Assembly (NCBI GenBank): GCA_016793115.1
Contig: JAEUIN010000306.1
Span: forward strand, 6,218-70,217
Direction of reading: 5' to 3'
DNA length: 64,000 bases
Origin: Planctomycetaceae bacterium
GTDB taxonomy: Bacteria; Planctomycetota; Planctomycetia; Pirellulales; PNKZ01
Program-made: the position numbers and the translations under genes
The notes under the pieces: model-generated
Seen by the model: only the letters and a program-made list of their open reading frames with translations
Database searches by the model: none
What the model was told of the DNA's origin: nothing
In this document: positions 17,531 to 26,217 of the stretch, one piece after another
Position numbering within the stretch: position 1 is the stretch's first letter
How the letters are laid out: each line of letters starts with the position of its first letter

Positions 17531-18241
17531 ATGAATGAAGACCTGTTAACCCCGGAAGATCAATTGCTGCTCGATCGACTCGTCGACGGCGAGTTGACGG
17601 AATCGGAGCGACGCGAATTGCTCATGCGGTTGGAGCGCTCGCCCGACGGCTGGCGGCGCTGCGCTTTGGCCTTTTTGGAGGCGCAAGCGTGGCGGGGCGA
17701 AGCGCGGGCCCTGCTAAGCGAACGAGTCTCGGCTCCGGCGCCGGTCGGCGCATACCGCGTGTCGGCGGCCGGTCGCACGAAGTCGAACTGGAGCGGGTTG
17801 GGTATTTGGCTCCCGCTCGCCACCGCGGCCGGTTTTCTCCTAGCCGTCGGCTATCTCAAGTGGTTCGACGGCGCCGGCGGCGCGATGGGAACTGCGGTCG
17901 GTCCCGTGGCGACGACCCCGTCCCAAGCGGTGCCGCAGACGACGCTCGCCGGCGGCCGCAATGATGACAACCTTCGACTGGTCGTCGCACCCGGTCCGGG
18001 CGGCGAACGTCGCGTGGTCGACGTGCCGCTCGTGGAATCGGAGCGGATGAACGAAGCCCTGTTCGGTCCCTGGTCGCAACAGCAATTGCCGCAGGAAGTC
18101 TTGCGCATGCTCGAGCAGAACGGCAATCAAGTCGTCCGTGAACGCCGACTGATGCCGTTCGATCTGCAAGACGGGCGGCGCGTCGTCGTGCCCATGGATC
18201 AACTCGAGATTCGCCCGGTCGGGAATCAGTCGTTTCAATAG
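17531..18241 (+). CDS. Anti-sigma factor (single-pass membrane protein)
   Basis: Starts 2 nt after the sigma-factor stop. The N-terminus LLDRLVDGELTESERRELLMRLERSPDGWRRCALAFLEAQAW is typical of planctomycetal anti-sigma proteins. One TM helix (GIWLPLATAAGFLLAVGYL). Confidence 0.7.
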   Translation: MNEDLLTPEDQLLLDRLVDGELTESERRELLMRLERSPDGWRRCALAFLEAQAWRGEARALLSERVSAPAPVGAYRVSAAGRTKSNWSGLGIWLPLATAAGFLLAVGYLKWFDGAGGAMGTAVGPVATTPSQAVPQTTLAGGRNDDNLRLVVAPGPGGERRVVDVPLVESERMNEALFGPWSQQQLPQEVLRMLEQNGNQVVRERRLMPFDLQDGRRVVVPMDQLEIRPVGNQSFQ

Positions 18242-18285
18242 ATCCGGTTCGATTGCAACGCAGCAGTCTGCTTAAGGAGTTCAAT

Positions 18286-19407
18286 GTGTCGACCAAAAGA
18301 AGGTTTTTAGCGGCACTCATCGCCGGCACGATGCCCATCGGCGGAATTTGTTTCGCGGATCATGCCGTCGCGGGCGAGAGTCCGCGCGCCGCCGTTCTGC
18401 GGATGCCTTCGCCCGGCGGTGAACAACATTCATTTTGGATCGGCGCGATGTGCGTACCCGTCGATCCCGCCCTGCGTTCGCAGTTAAAGCTCGGCGAACC
18501 GGAGGGATTGCTCGTCGGCAATGTCATGCCCGGTAGTCCGGCCGATAAGGCGGGACTCAAACAATACGACGTCGTTACGGCGATCGACGGCAAACGCGTC
18601 GAGAGCTTGCACGACTTGGTCGCCGCCGTCGCCGCGGCCGGCGAGAAGGAAATCAAGCTCGACGTCTTGCGCGGCGGCGAAAAGCAAACCGTGGGCGTGA
18701 CGCCCGCCAAACGGCCGGACCGCGACACGCCGATGTTCAATCCGCCTGATGTTCCGAGCCTGCCTCCGGGAGTCGACCCGCGTCCGCTTACCCAACATGT
18801 CGAGCGGATGCGCGAGCACTTGGAACGGATGCGGGCCACGCTTCCCGAAGGGGAAGTGAAGCGGATGGAAGAGTGGATTGAGCGCCTGCAGCGCGGCGAG
18901 CAGCAACCGTTTCGGATGCAAATGTTCGGGCCGGGCGTGGTGATGCCGCGGATCGAATTGCCGCCGGGAACCAAGATTCAAATTCAGCGGACGGATGGCA
19001 AAGCCAAGATCCACGTCGAACGTGAAGGTCAAGCTTGGGATCTGGCGGAAGACAAGCTCGACGAGCTGCCGGAAGATTTGCGCGGCCCGGTGAAAGCCAT
19101 GCTTTCGCAAAACGGCGCGATTTCCATTCAAACGACTCCCGGCGGTGCGGCCGCCGCCGCGACTTCATCGGGCGACGGTGAAGTGAGGATTGAAATCAAA
19201 CCGGAGGAGGCTGCGGGTAAGGGAATCGTCATCACCCCGCCGGGCGTCGACGTCGACCGCATGCGCCAAGAAGTCGAGCGACTTCGCAAGCAAGCGGAGG
19301 AATTGCAGAAGCGGGTCGATGAACTACAAAAACGCGGCGAAAAGCGGACGGAGTCGAAGCCGCCAAAGAAAGAATCGTCGGAGGGAAAGCCGGTCAAGCA
19401 GATTTGA
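18286..19407 (+). CDS. Secreted PDZ-domain protein with a charged coiled-coil-like C-terminal half
   Basis: GTG 18286 lies 6 nt after AAGGAG. Signal peptide, then a PDZ domain (LLVGNVMPGSPADKAGLKQYDVVTAIDGKRVESL...LDVLRGGEKQ). The C-terminal heptad-like stretch is RMRQEVERLRKQAEELQKRVDELQKRGEK. Confidence 0.8.
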   Translation: MSTKRRFLAALIAGTMPIGGICFADHAVAGESPRAAVLRMPSPGGEQHSFWIGAMCVPVDPALRSQLKLGEPEGLLVGNVMPGSPADKAGLKQYDVVTAIDGKRVESLHDLVAAVAAAGEKEIKLDVLRGGEKQTVGVTPAKRPDRDTPMFNPPDVPSLPPGVDPRPLTQHVERMREHLERMRATLPEGEVKRMEEWIERLQRGEQQPFRMQMFGPGVVMPRIELPPGTKIQIQRTDGKAKIHVEREGQAWDLAEDKLDELPEDLRGPVKAMLSQNGAISIQTTPGGAAAAATSSGDGEVRIEIKPEEAAGKGIVITPPGVDVDRMRQEVERLRKQAEELQKRVDELQKRGEKRTESKPPKKESSEGKPVKQI

Positions 19408-19619
19408 TAAGGCGTGTCGACAGATAATCGGCGATCGCTTCTCGTCGGGGAAGAACGGGGTTCGGTGCTTGCGATTGGAGAATTCGTCGCCGACTACGGC
19501 GACCGATTCTTAAGTCGCGAGTTCCGAACCCCGTGTTTGGTTTCAGGTAATTTGGCCGCAAAGACATATTCGGTTATCGTTGTCTCGGACAATATCGTCC
19601 CTGCATCCGAGCGCGACCG

Positions 19620-20618
19620 ATGAAATGTCCGGCTCTCTTACTTGTCGCAGGCTGCGTCTTATCGACGGCTCTGATCGGCTGTGGATACGTTGGGACGGAG
19701 GCAGAAAATACGGCCGCCGAAATTCGAATAGCCCCGGTTTGGAACGTCGGCGAAGAGGTCGACTACCTCATTACTCGAAGGATCGCAGTTGATGAGGAGT
19801 ACGGGCAGTTTGAAATGGAGAGTCGCGGAGACGTCGTGATCCGAGTCGAGCAAGCGGACGATGCCGGCTGCCGGCTACGTTGGCGCGTCGGAGAGTTCAC
19901 CTTTAGGCTTAAGCAGGGGGGCATCGAACTCAGCAAGTATGAACGTGCGAGTAAGCCGGGCATCGATGCGATGCTCATGGGTTTGGAACGGCTCTATTCG
20001 AATCACGACATCCGCGTCCGGCTCAATCGACAAGGCGAGGTAGTGGAAATTCTAGACAGTGACAAGCTTCTCAGTTTAGTCGCCGCTCGATTACTTATGG
20101 CGATGCCCTATCAAGCTGATGTAGCCGGCCGCCCTCCCTTTAAAGAGATTGTCACGGAGATGCTGGAGCGAAATCCGCTCATGCTCTTGAGCGCGTCTTG
20201 TCCGGAAGCGTCAACTCTGTTCGCCTACGCCGACGGTCGATACTTACCCGGACGTCCTGAGGTCAGGAAGGGAGAGATTGCGGTCGAGCGCGGCGAAGGT
20301 TCTCCGTTCTTGAGCTTTAAGTGCGAAAATCGATTTGAGTTGCAATCCGGAACCAATGTCTCGACGATGGCCGTGATCGAATGTGAAACGATCGTCGAGC
20401 ACGACTCCGCGACGATGGCGACGGACGACCCTCCGGAATTAACGGGTAAGAATTTACAAGAGTTCCAGGAGGCCTTGGGTCGGTTAAGCTGCAAGTCAAA
20501 CTACGAGGTCAATCTGCGCCATGGCTGGCCTTCGAAATACGAGCAGACCAAGGTCGTGCCGACGTCGAGCGGAAGAATGAAGACTGATACCACGACGGTG
20601 ACGCGCAACTCGAGCTAA
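19620..20618 (+). CDS. Orphan lipoprotein (332 aa) in a low-GC islet
   Basis: Signal peptide with a lipobox (STALIG/C). No recognisable domain. GC is visibly lower than the flanks. Confidence 0.7.
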   Translation: MKCPALLLVAGCVLSTALIGCGYVGTEAENTAAEIRIAPVWNVGEEVDYLITRRIAVDEEYGQFEMESRGDVVIRVEQADDAGCRLRWRVGEFTFRLKQGGIELSKYERASKPGIDAMLMGLERLYSNHDIRVRLNRQGEVVEILDSDKLLSLVAARLLMAMPYQADVAGRPPFKEIVTEMLERNPLMLLSASCPEASTLFAYADGRYLPGRPEVRKGEIAVERGEGSPFLSFKCENRFELQSGTNVSTMAVIECETIVEHDSATMATDDPPELTGKNLQEFQEALGRLSCKSNYEVNLRHGWPSKYEQTKVVPTSSGRMKTDTTTVTRNSS

Positions 20619-20816
20619 TCGGATGCGCCGTTAAGGAATACGGGGCTACGAAGTCCCACGAACGCCGCGGAATCGACCACTCGGCGATTGACGAAAATCG
20701 CCGTGGGAACTCGTCCGAGACGGGCTTTGGGCCCCCCTGGAATACGCCGGCTTAGGCCGGTAATCTGGAAGGTCTGTTTCGACCTTCGTGTCCCGCGTCT
20801 GTGAAAGCGTCGTCCC

Positions 20817-22031
20817 ATGCCAAGCTGCGTTCTCGCCTACTCCGGCGGTCTCGATACTTCGGTCATTCTTGGTTGGCTGCAAGAAGAAGGCTACGAGGTC
20901 CACGCCGCCTACATCGATCTCGGACAACCGTGCGAGGATCGTCAGGCGATTCTCGATAAGGCCAAGACGTGCGGCGCGAAGACCTCGCGCATCGTCGATG
21001 CGCGCGAAGAACTCTGTCGCGACTTCGCCTTCCCGGTGCTGCAATGGCAAGCGAAGTACGAAGGCGTGTACTTGCTTGGCACGTCGATCGCTCGCCCGCT
21101 GATCTCCAAGGCCTGCCTCGAAGTGGCGCGCGAAGTGAAGGCCGACGCCTATGCTCACGGCGCGACCGGCAAAGGCAACGACCAATGCCGCTTTCAACTC
21201 GCGGCCGAAGCGCTCGACCCAAGCGTGAAGATCATCGCCCCGTGGCGCATTGAAAAATTCCGCGAGCGATTCCCCGGTCGGCAAGCGATGATCGAGTTTT
21301 GCAACCAGCGGAATATTCCGGTCAAGGCGTCGTCGACGAAGCCGTATTCGAGCGACGAAAACTGCCTACACATCAGCTACGAAGCCGGCAAGCTCGAAGA
21401 TCTTATGGTCAACGGCGTCGAACTCGTCGACTTCGGCATGACCGTCTCGCCGCAGCAAGCCCCCGACAAGATCGAAGTCGTGAAGATCGGCTTCGAGAAG
21501 GGCGTGCCGGTCACGGTCAACGGCAAGAAGCTGTCGGCGCTTGGTATCGTCGAAGAGTTGAACAAGATCGGCGGGCGCAACGGCGTCGGCCGCATCGACA
21601 TGGTCGAGAATCGGTTCGTCGGCATGAAGAGCCGCGGGGTGTATGAGTCGCCGGGAATGACGATCCTATACGACGCTCATCGCTACGTCGAACAATTGAC
21701 GATGGATCGCGATCTGATGCACTTGCGCGATCGTCTTGCGCCCGAAGTCGCCGAAATGGTGTACTACGGGTTCTGGTACCACGCCAAAATGGACGCCTTG
21801 ATGGCGTTCATCCGCGACGCGCAGAAGCACGTGACCGGCGAAGTGATTCTGAACCTCTACAAGGGAAATATCATCCTCGCCGGTCGTTCGAGTCCCAATA
21901 GCTTGTACGACGAAGGCATCGCCACGATGGAAGGGGGCGGTTCGTACAATCAGACCGATGCCGAAGGCTTCCTGCGCATCCAAGGCCTGCCGAGTCGCGT
22001 GCAGGGCCGCGTCACGCCGCGGAAGTTCTAG
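20817..22031 (+). CDS. argG: Argininosuccinate synthase
   Basis: AYSGGLDTS ATP-binding motif, GATGKGNDQCRF, and full-length similarity to ArgG. Confidence 0.97.
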   Translation: MPSCVLAYSGGLDTSVILGWLQEEGYEVHAAYIDLGQPCEDRQAILDKAKTCGAKTSRIVDAREELCRDFAFPVLQWQAKYEGVYLLGTSIARPLISKACLEVAREVKADAYAHGATGKGNDQCRFQLAAEALDPSVKIIAPWRIEKFRERFPGRQAMIEFCNQRNIPVKASSTKPYSSDENCLHISYEAGKLEDLMVNGVELVDFGMTVSPQQAPDKIEVVKIGFEKGVPVTVNGKKLSALGIVEELNKIGGRNGVGRIDMVENRFVGMKSRGVYESPGMTILYDAHRYVEQLTMDRDLMHLRDRLAPEVAEMVYYGFWYHAKMDALMAFIRDAQKHVTGEVILNLYKGNIILAGRSSPNSLYDEGIATMEGGGSYNQTDAEGFLRIQGLPSRVQGRVTPRKF

Positions 22032-22082
22032 TCGCCGCGGCGGCTCGGCAACGCCGTCGTTCGGAACCATGTGAGGAAGGCC

Positions 22083-23705
22083 ATGTCGCCGCGTTTTTCG
22101 CTGTTCGTGTTGGCATTCCTCGGTGCGACGACGGGGCGAGCGGAAGAGCATTCCGCCGACGTGGTCGTCTACGGCGCGACGCCGGCCGGCGTTTGTGCCG
22201 CCGTCGGGGCCGCCCGCGAGGGGGCCCGCGTCATTCTTGTCGAACCGACGGCTCATGTCGGCGGCGTGAACTCCGGCGGGCTTTCCTTCAGCGACTCCAA
22301 TCAGACCGTGCGAGCCGCGCTGGGCGGTTTGTTCACCGAGTTCCACGAACGCATGGAAGCCGACTACGCGGCGCGCGGCGTGAAATTACCGTATTCCGTC
22401 GCCGTAAAGGACCACGCTAAGTGGACCTATGAGCCGCATGTGGCGATGCGCGTCATTCATGCGCTCCTCCAAGAAGCGAACGTGCAGGTCTTCACCGACC
22501 GACCGCTCTCATCCGTCGTCAAAGACGGACCCGTGATCAAGGCGATCGCCGCCGCCGACGGCTCGAAGTTCGCCGCAAAGCAGTTTGTCGATGCCGGTTA
22601 CGAAGGCGACCTGATGGCCGCGGCGGGCGTAAGTTCCACGATCGGACGTGAGTCGCGTAGCGAGCACGGTGAGTCGCTCGCCGGTCGACGGTATCCCAAG
22701 AAGCCGATGGCGATCTCGGGGCTCGACGAAGCCGGTCGTCCGCTGCCGCTCATCACCGACACGGAGCCGGGCGCCGACGACGTGGGCGATAAGAACGTGA
22801 TGGTTTACAGCTTCCGTCTTTGCCTGACGGCGAAGTCGGAGAATCGGGTGCCGTTTCCCAAGCCTGCGAACTACGACCCCGCCCGCTTCGAAGCGGCGCG
22901 CCGGTTCTACAAGAGCGAACCCAAAGCGCCGCTTGCCTGGGATCTCTATCCGCTGCCCGGCGACAAGTTCGACGCCAATAACGGCATCGGCAAGCAGTTC
23001 TCGATGGGCCTTGTCGGCGGCGGCAACGACTGGTGCGCGGCCGATCCGGTCGAACGGCAAATAATATGGGAGGCTCACAAGCAATACACGCTCGAGCTAT
23101 ATCATTTCCTGACGACTGATGAGGCCGTGCCGCAGCCGTTGCGCGACGAATTGAGCAAACTAGGTCTTTGCCGAGACGAGTTCGCCGCGACGGATCATTG
23201 GTCGCCGCAGCTCTATGTTCGCGAAGGGCGTCGTCTCATCGGCGAATATGTTTTGACGCAAGCCGATATTCTTACGAATCGGACCAAGCCCGACTCGATC
23301 GCCGTCTGCTCGTTTCCGATCGACTCGCACGATTGTCGCCGCATCGCCCGCGGCGCAAACGAAGTCGTCAACGAAGGAACGATTTTCCCGGTCCGCATCA
23401 TCGACAAGCGGCACGGCCCGGCGTATCAGGTGCCGTATCGTTCGATCACGCCGCGTGCCGCCGAGTGCTCGAACCTGTTGGTGCCGACGGCGCTTTCCGC
23501 AACGCACGTCGCCTACTCCTCGGTGCGCGTCGAACCGTCGTGGATGACCATTGGGCACAGCGCAGGCATCGCCGCCGCACTCGCGGCCTCGACCGGCTCA
23601 TCAGTGCAGGAATTGCCGTATAAGTCGTTGAAAAAGCGCTTGCTGGCTCAAAAGCAGGTTCTCGATCATCCGGAAACGACGGCCGACGCCCCCACCGGTC
23701 AGTAA
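22083..23705 (+). CDS. Secreted FAD-dependent oxidoreductase
   Basis: Signal peptide then a dinucleotide-binding motif VVVYGATPAGVCAAVGAAREGARVILVE. ATG 22083 follows GAGGAAGG. Confidence 0.85.
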   Translation: MSPRFSLFVLAFLGATTGRAEEHSADVVVYGATPAGVCAAVGAAREGARVILVEPTAHVGGVNSGGLSFSDSNQTVRAALGGLFTEFHERMEADYAARGVKLPYSVAVKDHAKWTYEPHVAMRVIHALLQEANVQVFTDRPLSSVVKDGPVIKAIAAADGSKFAAKQFVDAGYEGDLMAAAGVSSTIGRESRSEHGESLAGRRYPKKPMAISGLDEAGRPLPLITDTEPGADDVGDKNVMVYSFRLCLTAKSENRVPFPKPANYDPARFEAARRFYKSEPKAPLAWDLYPLPGDKFDANNGIGKQFSMGLVGGGNDWCAADPVERQIIWEAHKQYTLELYHFLTTDEAVPQPLRDELSKLGLCRDEFAATDHWSPQLYVREGRRLIGEYVLTQADILTNRTKPDSIAVCSFPIDSHDCRRIARGANEVVNEGTIFPVRIIDKRHGPAYQVPYRSITPRAAECSNLLVPTALSATHVAYSSVRVEPSWMTIGHSAGIAAALAASTGSSVQELPYKSLKKRLLAQKQVLDHPETTADAPTGQ

Positions 23706-23765
23706 GGTGAACCTTATTCTCGCATCTTTGCTCTTAGACTTCGAACCGCGGAAGGTTGCTCAACA

Positions 23766-24053
23766 ATGATTTGCTTGAACATCTTGCTCAGCGTGAAAGA
23801 TGCCGCCGACGTCGAGAAGGTCCGCTCGCTACTGGCCGAGCAAGCGCGGTTGTCGCGCCAGGAGCCCGGCTGCCTGCGCTTCGAAGCGTATCACTCCCAG
23901 AATGAGCCGACGTTTTTCATTTTGAACGAACAATGGGAGTCGCAATCGGCTCTCGACGCCCATCGCAAAGCCACGGCCTACACGACCGTGTACGCTCCGC
24001 AGGTTCTGCCGCTCGTAAATCGCACTCCCCACCCGTCTACGCTGATCGAATAG
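23766..24053 (+). CDS. Antibiotic-biosynthesis-monooxygenase (ABM) domain protein / putative quinol monooxygenase
   Basis: 95 aa with the ferredoxin-like ABM pattern (SRQEPGCLRFEAYHSQNEPTFFILNEQWESQSALDAH). Confidence 0.8.
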   Translation: MICLNILLSVKDAADVEKVRSLLAEQARLSRQEPGCLRFEAYHSQNEPTFFILNEQWESQSALDAHRKATAYTTVYAPQVLPLVNRTPHPSTLIE

Positions 24054-24082
24054 ATCGTCGGCCGCAGCAAACTTCCTCGAGA

Positions 24083-25054
24083 ATGACGACCCGAGCATCG
24101 GCCGCCCCGCGAACGAGTTTGGCCTCCGACGAGGCACGTGATGCTCGCGCGGGCGTGATACTCGGCGTCGCGGCCTACACGCTCTGGGGGCTAATCCCGC
24201 TCTACTTTCGCTTGCTGCGGAGCATCCCCTCGCTCGAGGTTTTGGCACACCGCGCCTGGTGGGCTTTTGTCACGCTCGCGGTGATTATCGTCGCCATGAG
24301 GCGCGGTGCGGCCGTCATGGCGGCGCTCTCTAAACCGCGCACCGCACTCACGCTCGCCGGCAGCACGGTGCTGATCGCAATCAATTGGTTCGTCTATATC
24401 TATGCGGTCTCAACCGAGCAGATCGTGCAAGCGTCGCTCGGTTATTTCATCACGCCTTTGGCCAATATGGCGATCGGGCTGGTTGTGCTCGGGGAACGGC
24501 TGCGCAAGCTCCAGACTGCTGCGCTCTTGCCGGCCGTGATCGGCGTCGTCGTGTTGGCCGTTCAGGCCGGACAAGTGCCTTGGATCGCGCTGATCCTCGC
24601 GATTTCGTTTTCGCTCTACGGCCTCTTGCGCAAGATCGCGGCGGCCGATGCGCTCGTCGGCCTGTTCACGGAAACCATGTTTCTCACGCCGCTTGCCCTG
24701 GGATATCTCGCGGTGCTTGGGGTTGAAGAACGCAACACCTTCTCTTCCGCCGCCCCCGACTTAAGTCTGCTGCTGGCGCTGGCCGGACCCGTGACGACCG
24801 GCCCGCTGCTGTGCTTCGCCGGTGCAGCTCGCAGACTACGGATGACGACGCTCGGCTTCCTGCAGTTTCTCGCGCCGACGTTGCAATTCCTGGTCGCCGT
24901 CTTCTTGTTCGACGAGCCGTTCACGGCCGCCCAGCGAACCGCCTTTCCCTTGATTTGGCTGGCCGTCGGCTTGTACCTCGTCGACGCCGTGCGGGCCGCT
25001 CGCAGTCGAACGCGACAAAGCGAACTCGCGGCCATGCCTTTGGAGGACGTCTAG
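24083..25054 (+). CDS. rarD: EamA/RarD-family transporter
   Basis: Ten TM helices and RarD-like motifs (YTLWGLIPLYF, SLGYFITPL, FSLYGLLRK). ATG 24083 within ORF 23933..25054. Confidence 0.85.
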   Translation: MTTRASAAPRTSLASDEARDARAGVILGVAAYTLWGLIPLYFRLLRSIPSLEVLAHRAWWAFVTLAVIIVAMRRGAAVMAALSKPRTALTLAGSTVLIAINWFVYIYAVSTEQIVQASLGYFITPLANMAIGLVVLGERLRKLQTAALLPAVIGVVVLAVQAGQVPWIALILAISFSLYGLLRKIAAADALVGLFTETMFLTPLALGYLAVLGVEERNTFSSAAPDLSLLLALAGPVTTGPLLCFAGAARRLRMTTLGFLQFLAPTLQFLVAVFLFDEPFTAAQRTAFPLIWLAVGLYLVDAVRAARSRTRQSELAAMPLEDV

Positions 25055-25551
25055 CGCGCTGAGTTCCGCGTCGAGCGATACGCGAGTACGAGCAGGCCCA
25101 TGGTCGCCGCGATGCCGACTGCGCGGGTCGTCGGCGGTCCGAAGACCACGACGGCGTTGAACGCCATGAACAGCAGAAAGCCGTAGACGGCGACATCGAT
25201 CGGCCAAGCCCGACGCGCGTAGCTGCGCGGAGCGGCCAGTCGCCACACGACGTCGAACGTCCAGACCGCGGTGAAGAGGTAGTTGAACCACAGTCCGCCG
25301 CCCCACGACCAGCCGATCAGCTCCGCCGATGCCTGCGCCGTATGTTCATAGGCGGCGCGGTGGCTCCAGCCGTGGACTAGCGCGAACGCGCACCCGACGT
25401 GAATCAGGTAGACGAGCCAACCGGCGACGTAGCATGTCAGCGCCGCTCGGCTTCGACCAAGCCGGCTGTAGGCCGGTGCGAGCGCAAGTCCGAGCATTGC
25501 CGCACGGGCGGTCCAGCGAACCAGTTGGTCGACGGTCTCGGGATCGTTCAT
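25051..25551 (-). CDS. Hypothetical membrane protein (166 aa, 4-5 TM)
   Basis: Start taken at MNDPETVDQL (ATG 25551). Hydrophobic helices throughout. The 3' end overlaps the rarD stop by 4 nt. Confidence 0.55.
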   Translation of the reverse strand: MNDPETVDQLVRWTARAAMLGLALAPAYSRLGRSRAALTCYVAGWLVYLIHVGCAFALVHGWSHRAAYEHTAQASAELIGWSWGGGLWFNYLFTAVWTFDVVWRLAAPRSYARRAWPIDVAVYGFLLFMAFNAVVVFGPPTTRAVGIAATMGLLVLAYRSTRNSAR

Positions 25552-25671
25552 ATCCCGAAAGGATAAACGAAAACGCTCGACCCTTTGAGAGGGACCGAGC
25601 ATTTTCAGATGGGCATTTTCCGACGGTCCGACGCGACGGGCTCGTCCCTTCACGGCGAACAGTCGGCGAGC

Positions 25672-25995
25672 TTAGTGCGCCGGGCTGCTGAACCGATGGA
25701 AATCGCTCTTGGGAATCAGGTAACTCGGCGTGCGGGTGTAGCTGTAGCGCACAGGAGCATAGTAGGTCGTCGTCGGCGCAGTTGAAGGCGCGACGGACAT
25801 GCTGCGCGTCCCGACGACCGTAGGCGCGGAAGCTTGCGCATCGGGCATCGGCACGGCTTGCGTTCCGGCCGCGACGCTCGGCGTACAGTTGTTCGGACAC
25901 GAAGAACAATGACGACGACCGCGAGCGTGCGCATCGGTTGACAACGTAGCAGCCAACACCAGCGCAAACAGCGAAACGGACACGAGCTTAAACAT
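25672..25995 (-). CDS. Small secreted protein with an HCSSCPNNC motif (107 aa)
   Basis: Clear signal peptide MFKLVSVSLFALVLAATLSTDAHA. The mature part is Cys/Pro/Thr-rich. No family recognised. Confidence 0.5.
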   Translation of the reverse strand: MFKLVSVSLFALVLAATLSTDAHARGRRHCSSCPNNCTPSVAAGTQAVPMPDAQASAPTVVGTRSMSVAPSTAPTTTYYAPVRYSYTRTPSYLIPKSDFHRFSSPAH

Positions 25996-26217
25996 CGGAG
26001 TACCTCCAGCTGTCGTGAGGCGACAAGTTCAGCGAGTCGGCCCGACACCGAGCGTTGGGCTCGCGAGGTTTGTTACCGCCCACTAAGAAACTCACAAAGT
26101 TTCCCTGACATATACCCCATACTACGACAGCCGATGTCCTGCGGCTTGCTGGATTCATGTGACAACTGCTTAAGGAAGCGGCCGGTACGGCAAAGCATTG
26201 CCGTGCACCCCGCGCAT

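Noticed and set aside
20690-20790. Several short hairpins upstream of argG (CGGCGATT/AATCGCCG, GAAGGTC/GACCTTC)
   Set aside because: They are short stems with no associated conserved motif or T-tract. I cannot distinguish them from chance in GC-rich DNA.
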